Shown: positions 52,080 to 62,882 of the stretch, piece after piece
Numbering within the stretch: position 1 is the stretch's first letter
Layout of the letters: each line of letters starts with the position of its first letter
DNA from: Anthoceros angustus
Taxonomy: Eukaryota > Plantae > Anthocerotophyta
Assembly: GCA_010909165.1 (NCBI GenBank)
Contig: MU008197.1
Span: 310,001 to 374,000 of the forward strand
DNA: 64,000 nt
Direction of reading: 5' to 3'
The notes under the pieces: generated by a model
The model's input: only the letters and a program-made list of their open reading frames with translations
The model's database searches: none
What the model was told of the DNA's origin: nothing
Position numbers and translations under genes: made by a program

Positions 52080-52302
52080 CTCCTTGGTGAAGATGCCGGC
52101 CCTGTCCGTGACTTGAGTGTGAGGCTCCTTGGTGAAGATGCCGGGCCCTGTCCGACTTGAGTGTGAGGCCTTGGTGAAGATGCCGGCCCTGTGTCCGTCA
52201 GACTTGAGTGTGAGGCCTTGGTGAAGATGCCGGGCCTGTCTGCACTTGAGTGTGAGGCTCCTTGGTGAAGATGCTGGCCGGTGTCTGCACTTGAGTGTGA
52301 GG
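52080..52302. repeat. About 45-bp minisatellite, 5 copies
   Basis: ccttggtgaagatgcc..gccctgtc..acttgagtgtgaggc repeated head to tail. Confidence 0.9.
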
Positions 52303-52746
52303 CAAATGTTCCATTCCGCTGACATCACGATATTGAGAGACTACCGCCGCTTGCTCGATCGTACCGTCAAGCTTCCCTGAACTGAGCCGCATTAGAAGTG
52401 GGTTATGATACTTGAAACGTTCGTTTTGGAGCGCATTAGGAACGAGAATAGGGATGTGGGAACAAGTTGAGACCACATACGAGTGAGCAGGTGCGGAAGG
52501 ACAGCGTTGGACGGCGTTGAAAGGAGCGCGGACGGGAGCCGTTGAGAGGAGGGTGGAAGGAGCCGTTGAGAGGAGCGACGACGGACGCCCGTTGCCGGAA
52601 AGGGAGACGCCGGAAAGAAAGAGAGGCATGCCCGCATGCCGGCCTCATGCCTCGGCTTTGCATCGGTCCTATGGCATGAATATGTATATACCTCATATGC
52701 ATTCATATGTATATACCTCTGTATGCCACCGGCAACCCGGTCCTTA

Positions 52747-53014
52747 ACCCAACAAGGGCAACCCGGGTGACGCCAAACCCAACAAGGGTCCCAACAAGGG
52801 CCAGGGCAACCCGGGTGACGCCAAACCCAACAAGGGACCCAACAAGGGCAACAACCAACAAGGGACCCAACAAGGGCAACAACCAACAAGGGACCCAACA
52901 AGGGCAACCCGGGTGACGCCAAACTCAACAAGGGTTATCGCGTCCAGACATAGGGTGTCCGACACACAAAATGCAAACTAGACATAGGGTGTCCGACACA
53001 CAAAATGCAGACTA
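52747..53014. repeat. Low-complexity CCCAACAAGGG array followed by a 34-bp duplication
   Basis: About 10 CCAACAAGGG units interspersed with GGCAACCCGGGTGACGCCAAA, then agacatagggtgtccgacacacaaaatgca twice. Confidence 0.8.
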
Positions 53015-53524
53015 GACGGATTAAGACCGGGATCGCTTCGGTGCAGGGGGCTGATCCGACCACTAAAACCAAAGCATCTGCGATGACTTCATGCTAGACA
53101 AGTGTAATCATATACAAACCAAAAGACAAAATGCCTCGGACAGGACCCGGCCGGTGGCCGGTGAATTGCTGGACCGTATAGACGATCTCTACGTCATGGA
53201 TGTTAATGGCAATGTGCGAGACATGACCATGAAGTACACCAATGTCAGCGGGCCCCGCACCTGGCCACCTGATTTCTACGGCTAAGCGTAGCACGCGGCT
53301 GGATCTCTGCACGTATTTGAGATACATGGAGATATTTCAGATACATTAGCAAATTGGTCATCTCCTCGCCACGCAGGATTGATCATACGCGTGTTAGGCC
53401 CCTCGTCACGTCCATGGCTGCCCTGCGATTCTTTGAAGGACGGAATGCAATTTCAAGAATGCCATGCTGCAGCAATCCCTCCTGCTTTCGCACATTGCTG
53501 ACTCCAGTATGAAGTATGAACTTG

Positions 53525-56105
53525 TCAAGTCGCAAGCAGATGCTGCAGCTTTTTTCTCAAAGAATCTCCAACTTTTCTGAATACAGTGCCGTCGAAACGT
53601 GCGACAGCAATGGGACTGCCGGAGGGACGCAGACGTCCGTACCTCACCTTTTGCTAAAACTGGAATGGACTGTCAGAAAGATCCATAGTCCCAGACGTCC
53701 TACCTCACCTTTTACTAAAACCCACTGGATAAAATATTGAAGCACTACAGTTGGAGACCTTGTCGGACCCATAACCTTCGACGGCAGGATCACTTTATCC
53801 CAAGGTTTACGCCAAGCTCTGATGTATTACATAGCTCGGTTGGCAGACGAGTAGTCCTGGACAGCCTCGATGCGTATGGGGACACCGGTTTTGGGGTATG
53901 GCAGACCTGAAACGACTAGGCCAGTGTCTGGCTTGTCTACTGTCCACCTGTTTCAACACGGGTCGGCACCCATCGGTTAGCAAAGAAGTATACATGTAGA
54001 GAGGGCACTGTAAATGACTTGTGAGCTATTGCAGAAGAATTATGGGGACTCACCTGAATTTAAGCATCATGTGATGCAACATCACTTTCATGTTCATTAG
54101 TGCCAGCTCCTTCCCAAGGCACAATCTGCTTCCACCTCCCCACGGCAGCAGGGTGAAGGGCTTCGGTGGCACCTGCTGATAGCATCAGAACGCAGTGTGT
54201 CACAAGATAACTCCCAAAATGTTGTTCGTTGTCTATGATTCGGAGACGTCTGTAATGATTCTAGTGTTGAATTCAAGTATCAAGCTCTTACATCGAAGCG
54301 AGAGGGATTGAAGATCTCTGGGTCTTGGAAGATTTCGGGACTACGGTGCAAGTTTTGAGTGTCCAGCACAAAGTTCCAGCCTTTAGGAATGTGGTATCCT
54401 GCAGGTGGCACATAAGGGTCAGGTAGCGAGAAAGCTTCGGGAAAATCTTGGCAGTAATCAAGCACTGTGACCCATGTTAGGACTCCCCGCTTGGAGTAGG
54501 GAAGGAATATTTACGGTTGCCAATGCCAGGTGCAGCATACATACCGTTGAATGTAAAGTCCTCCTTGACCTGTCGATGCAACCAGAAAGCGATAGAAGAC
54601 ACTCAGGTGCCTCGTTGATCACCTGCATGCACACAGGAGACAAGACAGATGGATCTTAGCTTACGCCAGATTCCAGTGAGTATTGGGCCACTACTAGGTT
54701 GGAGGATGTTGAGGATCCGAGTCTCACTTTCAAGGTGTAGGCCATCGGTTGGCCGAGATCCGCCCATGTCAGTGGCTCTCCAGCTTGTTTGTTTCTTCTC
54801 AGAGCCAAATGCTCAGCCTACAGTTCACAAACACAAAACCAAACGCCAAGGTTGGGCTCGCTTGGATCCAAGCTGTTCCAAACCAATTTCGATTCCTATG
54901 GACGACGTCTGTGATATAGCCCCGGGGCCAGGCTCACCAGCAGCTTCTCCTTGACGCTGGGATTCTCATGTAGCAGCTTGGCAAGCCAGGTGAGTGTGCT
55001 GGCGGTGGTCTCAAAGCCAGCAACGACCATGGTGAGCAGATTGTCCCTCAGCTGCTCGTCGTCCAGGGCAGGCTTGTCGCTTGAAGAATCGGGGTCGACT
55101 GCCTTCATCATTTCGCTCAGCAGGTCGCTGCGAACAAATTTTCCGCTCCTTCTCAGCGCAAGTTCAGTGTCGAACATTTTACCCAGCTCCTTTCTTGCCT
55201 GCATGCCCAGTCCACTTGCACTGTTAGATTTATTGTGGCCCATTGCAAGCCCTGGGAGAAATTGGACACCTGTGCTCCAAATTGGGCCTGGAATGAATTC
55301 CCACCTGCATGGCCTTGTGAAAGGCGAATCCAGGAACATTGATGGGCACCGTGATCAAGCTGGTACTCACTGTTTCGGTGAGCTCCAAGCTCCTGTCACG
55401 CACTGAACCAGGACCCCAGCTCAGCACCAGTCCCGCGATCACATGATAAGCGAACTGCGCACCGTCAGCAACTACCAGTTAGCAAACATCACGAGCTCTG
55501 CACAAACATTGCAATTAGATTGCAGACAAACGGTAAGAGTGGCCCATTCCTTGGTCACCTTGGCCCATGTCGTGTCTCATGACGGGGACGTCGCCCAGTT
55601 TCCAGGAACTGAGGGTCTCTAGAGCCGATTGCTCCGACACCGGCAGATACTTCCTAATGCCTTCGCCCATGAAGGATTCGTTGAGAATTTTGCGATAGAA
55701 CTTGTGCGTGGGGCCGTGCACATTGAGGAGCGACTCCTTGCCCACCAACTGCCTCGCGGGGAGGAACTGGTGCGCCTGTACCAGCTTGTGCTCCATTGAG
55801 AGCAAGAGCTTGGCCGCCTCGGCGCCCGTGAAAACACATACGGACTCCTAACACATGCGACTTGAACACATCGCCATACTTGCGAAAGCGCTTGGCCGTG
55901 AATGTCTCCGGATCCCCAACCTTGAAGTAGCCCAGCAGCTCCATCGTCTCTCCCAGCAGGGGGAAGCCCATGGTCCCCGGCAGCTGCTTCGAGCCCTTGG
56001 GCGCCCACATCCCCTCCGCTCCCAGTACCTCCACACTGGCCAGGCCACAGCTAGCACCGCAATTGCAAGCGCCACTCCAATCTCCACACCCAATGTCACT
56101 TCCAT
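53525..56105 (-). CDS. Cytochrome P450, CYP85 clan; indels in exons 1 and 5
   Basis: Exons: 56105-55559, 55454-55305, 55198-54938, 54817-54728, 54622-54545, 54398-54292, 54172-54054, and an uncertain last exon at about 53724-53525. Motifs: N-terminal TM anchor, [29 protein letters not shown]-helix AGFETTA, VINEA (ExxR disrupted), [14 protein letters not shown], heme [11 protein letters not shown]. Confidence 0.92.
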
Positions 56106-56293
56106 GGCTGCCCTCCGATTATTTCAACAACGGCATTCAACTTGAAGAATGCAGAGGCAGAGGCAGCTGCACTCCCTCCCACTTCACACAATGCTCAGCT
56201 TCATGAGCTGTGGAGGTCACACAATGCTCAGCTTCAATGCTGTGAAGTGTGAAGGCGAATTAAGGCGTGCGACCGGCTCATCCTCTCGTAGCT

Positions 56294-56404
56294 GCAAGCG
56301 CCACTCCAATCCCCACAACCAATGCCACGTCCGTGGCTGCCCCTGCGATTCTTTCAGTGACTGGAATGCATTTCAAGCACGCAGAGGCAGGTGCAGTCCC
56401 TCCC
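56294..56404 (-). repeat. Diverged duplicate of the P450 5' UTR and first codons
   Basis: gcaagcgccactccaatccccacaaccaatgccacgtccgtggctgccc...gcagaggcagg..tgcagtccctccc matches 56065-56180. A third copy lies at about 53404-53483. Confidence 0.75.
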
Positions 56405-56864
56405 CCCAGTAGCAGCGCTGCAAGGAATTCTTTAAAAAAAGCAGATTGGCCCGACCATCCGGGCAGCCTCCTTTGGGCACCTCCATCCCGTATGCGGTCC
56501 GTATACGGTCATTGCCTCCATGTCCGTGCATGTAGCATGTACGATGAAGACTCGCCTCCATGTGAATACTGTACATACCTGTGTCGCGTGCGGTTTTAAA
56601 ACCAAAACGGTTTTCATTTATCCATGCTTCACTTTTGGTGTTCCCTGTTTCATAAATCATATTTAAATGCTCTACTTCCCGGGCCCGTGATAAGCCCGTT
56701 ATAAGTTTTGTGCGCGCCAATTCCTGCGTGGCTATACACTTTGAATGGAGATAACAACGCAAATGGATTGAGCTGGAGTTCTCAGCACTTTCAGCAGGTG
56801 CAAGTACAACAAGTCGTTGGTATAATTCCTTCATCCAGGTTGTGCTAAGTGTGCTGAGATTGTT

Positions 56865-56988
56865 GTGCCACGTTCAAGCATCCTAGCTTGTGCCACCAAT
56901 TTAACACAGAGTGCCACGTTCAAGCATCCTAGCTTGTGCCACCAATTTAACGCGGTGTGCACCGTGCCACGTTCAAGCATCCTAGCTT
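56865..56988. repeat. About 47-bp tandem repeat (about 2.5 copies)
   Basis: gtgccacgttcaagcatcctagcttg occurs three times. Confidence 0.85.
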
Positions 56989-57973
56989 GAATCTTCAGTC
57001 CTTTCTTTTGCAGTGGCATAGGGGATCTACGTGCCTTTACCCAACATCAATTTCAAATTGCACAGTCGCAAGACTTGAAAAAATGTAATATTTCTTCTAA
57101 CTTTAATGTTTCTTCAAGCAATTCTTTTATGGTTTTTGAAACACAATGCCTGTTTCCTCGAACACTACATATGTTTTTTACAACATAATGTATGTTTGTT
57201 CAAGTATGTCTTCAAGCTGTTTTTTTAAGTTTCATGAATCACAATCCATGTTTCTTCAAAAAATATGTGTGTTCGAAAACAAAATACATGTTTTTTCACA
57301 CCATATTATTTAGTTTCTTTGAGCATATTTTTTATTAAAAAGACCACACTGCATGTTTACTTCAACGATATTGTCTAGTTTTTTGAAACACCATTCACAA
57401 ATGTTTCTTCAACATAGCCTAAAGAGATAGAGCCTCTGGAGACAGAGCCTGAAGAAACTTGAAATTCAAGTTTATTCACAAACGACAGCGGTTCATTCAC
57501 TATGCTTAATTATGACCAGCAGGAAATATACTTAATCAGGAAGTAAGTGTGATCGTGAAGTGGTTTGCTTGTAATTGTGAAACTAATGGCCTGTTCACAT
57601 AGAATAACCAAGGTGCTGTTCGTTTTGCCCTTTTCACTGCGTAGATTCCGTGATGACTAGCCGTTGGTCTATAAAAAGACGTTGTGCCTTTATATAGCAC
57701 TCTTCACTGCGACTGCGGGCAGACCTCGTGGTCGAAGTGTCTACGGCATATATTGTCCTCACTCGTGCTTCATCCCAGGAGCATATTAGTCGCCCCAAGA
57801 TATTCTGTATTGTATTAAATAGTACATATTGAGATTCACACAGCCATACCAAGTCGCGTTGCGCCCTAGCTAGCTTTGAAAAGGAAGCCTTCGCGTCTTT
57901 TGCATTATGTAGCAGATTTTCCCTACGGTCATGTGGAATAATGCAGCCAGTAGGTTGGGTTGGAGAAGACAAC

Positions 57974-58300
57974 TTGAACAGATGAAAGCACCCAAAAACT
58001 AATTTCGATGTTGAAGAGAAATATTTTCAGGTGAACAAGGGCAACTTGGAGGTGAAGCATTTGCATGAAATTTGCAGCCTGTTTTCACCATATTATACTT
58101 GGACTGTACATTGGAAGCAGTACAAGCAGAAAGTAGAGGCGTTGAAGAAGAAATACCATCAAGAAGGAGAGAAGGTAAAGCATGTATCAAGGGGACACCA
58201 AGCTCTTGGCCCTTTTTTGAGCAGATGGACTCCTTCTTGGGCACAAACCAAAAATTTTGTGGCACTCCAGGGTCTATTGATGTTGGAGCTTCACAGTTGA
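57974..58300 (+). pseudogene. Degenerate Myb/SANT-like (trihelix or Harbinger ORF1-type) DNA-binding domain
   Basis: *TDESTQKLIS..EKYFQVNKGNLEVKH...WKQYKQKVEALKKKY..E...SSWPFFEQMDSFLG. The first Trp is a stop codon and frameshifts are present. Confidence 0.65.
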
Positions 58301-60107
58301 CACTGTGAATGAAGAGCCTATTACTGCAGATTTCTTCTACCTCAAAGATGAAGACCCAAACCAAGATATGGCAACCTCCCCAGCCAAGGGTGCAAGGACA
58401 CCACACCAACACCAGCTCCATCTACAATAACTACGAATTTTTGTCAAGAGGATGGGCAAATCACCCCAGATACCCCTTTATCCCAAATCAAAAAGCTTGC
58501 TAGGGCATTTGCACATTGTAGTCATTGGAAACGAAAGACTAGGATGTTATCTTCCGGTGGCGAGTCAGATTTTCGGGAAGGTATGCAAGCCTTTACACAG
58601 AGTTATGTTTAAATTGAGGAGGATAAGTTGCTTTACGCACAGGAGTTAGAGAAGTAACGACTTCAATTCATGTAGAGTGTAGTGATGCATGACTTACAAC
58701 ATCAGCAGATGCAAGCAAAAATCCAATTGAAAATAGCAGAGTTTTTTGCCAGTTCCCAAGTAGGAATAAAACGAAACAAACCAGCTTGTGATTATCATGA
58801 TGACAAGGGATGATTGAAAGCAAAGAGTGTTCCAAGTTGAATACTAAGGGCCCTTCCAATTTGGGTACTAAGATTCTCAAGTGGATACTAATGCGAGACT
58901 GCTAGATCATTCTTGAGTTTAGGAAACTTTTGTTTTATCAAACCTTCCATTTTAGGCATGAGTGTCTGAAGTGGATTTCTCTTTCAATTCGTCTTTCCAT
59001 GTTATTCTTTTATGTACCGCGAAATTGGGCATTCATGCACGTCAGTAATTAGGCATTTTCAAATTGCCAGCTTGGGTTCTTTGTCTACTTCTTTTGTTCA
59101 TATTTAGAGTCTCACAAACACCAAGTTGGCTCTTTGTCTACTTCTTTTGTTCACAATTAGAGTCTCACAAACACAAACACCATAAGTGCCCTCAAGCACC
59201 AATTTCTCTACTACATATCCATAATTTTTATTCACCCAAAACTAAAATAAATCCTGGCTTTGTTGGTTGCCCAATCGTTGAAGCTGCTCCTCCATGGCGT
59301 TCTCCAAAAAAAAATTATATAGCAATGTGCAAGCTACTATAGTCTGTCCCACATAAGGAAGAGCAACATTTATGTCCTCCAAAATATGCCACCTATTCTA
59401 CAAATTCCGAAATGCATTCTCAATTTTCACTTTTCTTTGCGCAACCATCTACTAAACCTTCCTTTGTCTAGTGAGCATAGTGTATCAAATGCCTTAATGA
59501 GAAAAGACATGATAGGATAAGCACTATCACCAACAATAGAAGGCCACACATTAGTTTTGCCCACTAATATCACTGACTCTGTTCATATATCATATCGACG
59601 TAATCTTGCCTACACGCTAGTCTTCCATAATACAATATAGTCATGAACACCACCTGGACCAATGCAACTTACGTGGCCAACATACGGTACACAGAAACTA
59701 TTTTTCTCTCATTTTTCTCTCTTCCTTGTCCTAGCCTGTACATTGCTAGATCTTATAAGAGCTGCCGACGTGTGCGTTTGTAATAATGACATTCCTTGCA
59801 TCACTGGTACTGCTCAGTTTGATGAGCGTGTGAAGGAGAAGTGCAAGAAGACAAGAAGTCAAGTTGCATCCAGATGCTGCAGCTTTTTCCCCTACCAATA
59901 TCTCCACCCGGACTATCAGGTCAGGAATCCAACTTGATTGGATACCTTGCTGTAAAACCCCGGCCACAGCAGTACCACCGACCAAGACGTCATAGCTCAC
60001 CTTGCGCCTGGTTTCCAGGCGCAAGGGAAACCAGGCGCAAGGTGAGCTATATCCCAGATGTCATAATAGCTCACCTCGCGCTGGCATCCTCCGGTTACAA
60101 TACTGAC

Positions 60108-62882
60108 GTACGACAGACGGTTCGACCATATGCTTTGGGAATCGTGCACGATTTCTATAGACTAACACATTCCCCGGCGGGCGACGGTCCTGGAGCGTGC
60201 ACGATTCGTGCTGGCCAAGCAATTCACGACTTTCCTGACTTTTCCAAGCTCTATCTTCCAGCTGGAGAGCTTGGTCCACAGGATTCCCAGCCATCGCCGG
60301 TGTGCGCGCGTCACTCAAGTGCGTGGACCCCCCTCCAGGAGCCTTGTTGCATGGTATAGACTTTAGTCTACCTGTTCACAGTCGGGTCACACTTCCTCAG
60401 GTATGACTCAGGGTTACTGAAGTACTTACTTTGTGACAAAAACGTGAGACTACTCCTCTCCTGTGACTTGTGATGAAGGATACTGCCAGTGAGAATCTCC
60501 CTTGTTCCTCCAGCACATATGGCCGTGATTTTTATTTCTTAATCCTGCATCTCAATCACAAGAGCAATGACACCTCAAGTTTTGGCAAGGTATGCAACAA
60601 CTACCCTCACATCAGCCACCTTTGTCGTCTGTTCATGACGCTGCCTCCCGATGGACACTGTAGAAAGGTTTTCGTCTGATCACGAGGACCTTGGGAGCGT
60701 CTGCACCTTGGACATAATCACCGAATTGCTGCCCCCAGGCTGAAGGGCTGGGTTTGGTAACTCCCCCTTGCAGGGTCTAAGTCCAACATGTCAAGCTTGA
60801 AAGTCACCTTTTCATCAGTGAGCGCTTATAGTCCAGATAATCCTCCAGGTGTTGAAATTTCTCGCAGTCTAAGTCTGCTATCCGCAACTCCACGGCATCT
60901 TTGGGACCCTGGTACCAACAACCATCTCTCAGAGTTCGTACTATGTACCTGCTAAAGCTTTTGAAGCTCTTTTCATCACCTCATGGACTAAACGTTCTGC
61001 TTTCTCACCCGCAACCCTAATCTCAAGATAATGACTTGTGGAGATGGCGCTTCCTGCACTGCCAAGTGCAAGCGCGTACCCCGGCTTTGTAAAAGCCGCT
61101 CCAGCAGGGCAGGTGTGTTACCGTACGCGTCTGCATCAAAGGACAGCCGTATCCAGACACAGAGCATCCAGACACAAATGCTCATTCGGATGATGCCGGG
61201 CATTTGCTGCCGCAATGGAGGATCGGGACGAGATGCAGCCCTGCGTGCGGCCGCATGGGGGACAAGTGGAGACGACACATTAAAAGATGGGAGAGGCAGA
61301 AGCTCTGTCGATGAAGGGGTTTGAATCATGGGGAGAGCGATTGCACAGACCCGGCACTATGGCAGAACGGGAGACGGCGACGCCGCCAACATGCTGGAGC
61401 TGGTGGAGAAGCAGAGGCCGCCGGCTGGCTCTACCCGCCTGGATCGCTGCTGGTGCGCATCACCATGCGCGCCATCAATCCCACCGATCTCATGACCGTC
61501 CGGTACGACAGACGGTTCGACCATATGCTTTGGGAATCGTGCACGATTTCTATAGACTAACACATTCCCCGGCGGGCGACGGTCCTGGAGCGTGCACGAT
61601 TCGTGCTGGCCAAGCAATTCACGACTTTCCTGACTTTTCCAAGCTCTATCTTCCAGCTGGAGCTTGGTCCACAGGATTCCCAGCCATCGCCGGTGTGCGC
61701 GTCACTCAAGTGCGTGGACCCTCCAGGAGCCTTGTTGCATGGTATAGACTTTAGTCTACCTGTTCACAGTCGGGTCACACTTCCTCAGGTATGACTCAGG
61801 GTTACTGAAGTACTTACTTTGTGACAAAAACGTGAGACTACTCCTCTCCTGTGACTTGTGATGAAGGATACTGCCAGTGAGAATCTCCCTTGTTCCTCCA
61901 GCACATATGGCCGTGATTTTTATTTCTTAATCCTGCATCTCAATCACAAGAGCAATGACACCTCAAGTTTTGGCAAGGTATGCAACAACTACCCTCACAT
62001 CAGCCACCTTTGTCGTCTGTTCATGACGCTGCCTCCCGATGGACACTGTAGAAAGGTTTTCGTCTGATCACGAGGACCTTGGGAGCGTCTGCACCTTGGA
62101 CATAATCACTGAATTGCTGCCCCAGGCTGAAGGGCTGGGTTTGGTAACTCCCTTGCAGGGGTCTAAGTCCAACATGTCAAGCTTGAAAGTCACCTTTCAT
62201 CAGTGAGCGCTTATAGTCCAGATAATCCTCCAGGTGTTGAAATTTCTCGCAGTCTAAGTCTGCTATCCGCAACTCCACGGCATCTTTGGGACCCTGGTAC
62301 CAACAACCATCTCTCAGAGTTCGTACTATGTACCTGCTAAAGCTTTTGAAGCTCTTTTCATCACCTCATGGACTAAACGTTCTGCTTTCTCACCCGCAAC
62401 CCTAATCTCAAGATAATGACTTGTGGAGATGGCGCTTCCTGCACTGCCAAGTGCAAGCGCGTACCCGGCTTTGTAAAAGCCGCTCCAGCAGGGCAGGTGT
62501 GTGTACGCGTCTGCATCAAAGGACAGCCGTATCCAGACACAGAGCATCCAGACACAAATGCTCATTCGGATGATGCCGGGCATTTGCTGCCGCAATGGAG
62601 GATCGGGACGAGATGCAGCCCTGCGTGCGGCCGCATGGGGGACAAGTGGAGACGACACATTAAAAGATGGGAGAGGCAGAAGCTCTGTCGATGAAGGGGT
62701 TTGAATCATGGGGAGAGCGATTGCACAGACCCGGCACTATGGCAGAACGGGAGACGGCGACGCCGCCAACATGCTGGAGCTGGTGGAGAAGCAGAGGCCG
62801 CCGGCTGGCTCTACCCCGCCTGGATCGCTGCTGGTGCGCATCACCATGCGCGCCATCAATCCCACCGATCTCATGACCGTCC
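60108..62882. repeat. About 1.39-kb near-identical tandem duplication of the MDR upstream region plus the first ~175 bp of exon 1
   Basis: 60108-61502 vs 61503-62882. A truncated exon-1 copy lies at 61328-61502. Confidence 0.92.

Noticed and set aside
52080-52302. Regularly spaced repeats resembling a CRISPR array (also 45651-45891)
   Set aside because: Units are head to tail with no unique spacers, there are no cas genes, and the context is eukaryotic. These are minisatellites.
1766-56105. Interpretation as a gibberellin (CPS/KS + KAO) locus
   Set aside because: The synthase lacks the ent-CPS His of the LHS motif and intact class I motifs, and the P450 lacks KAO-typical motifs.
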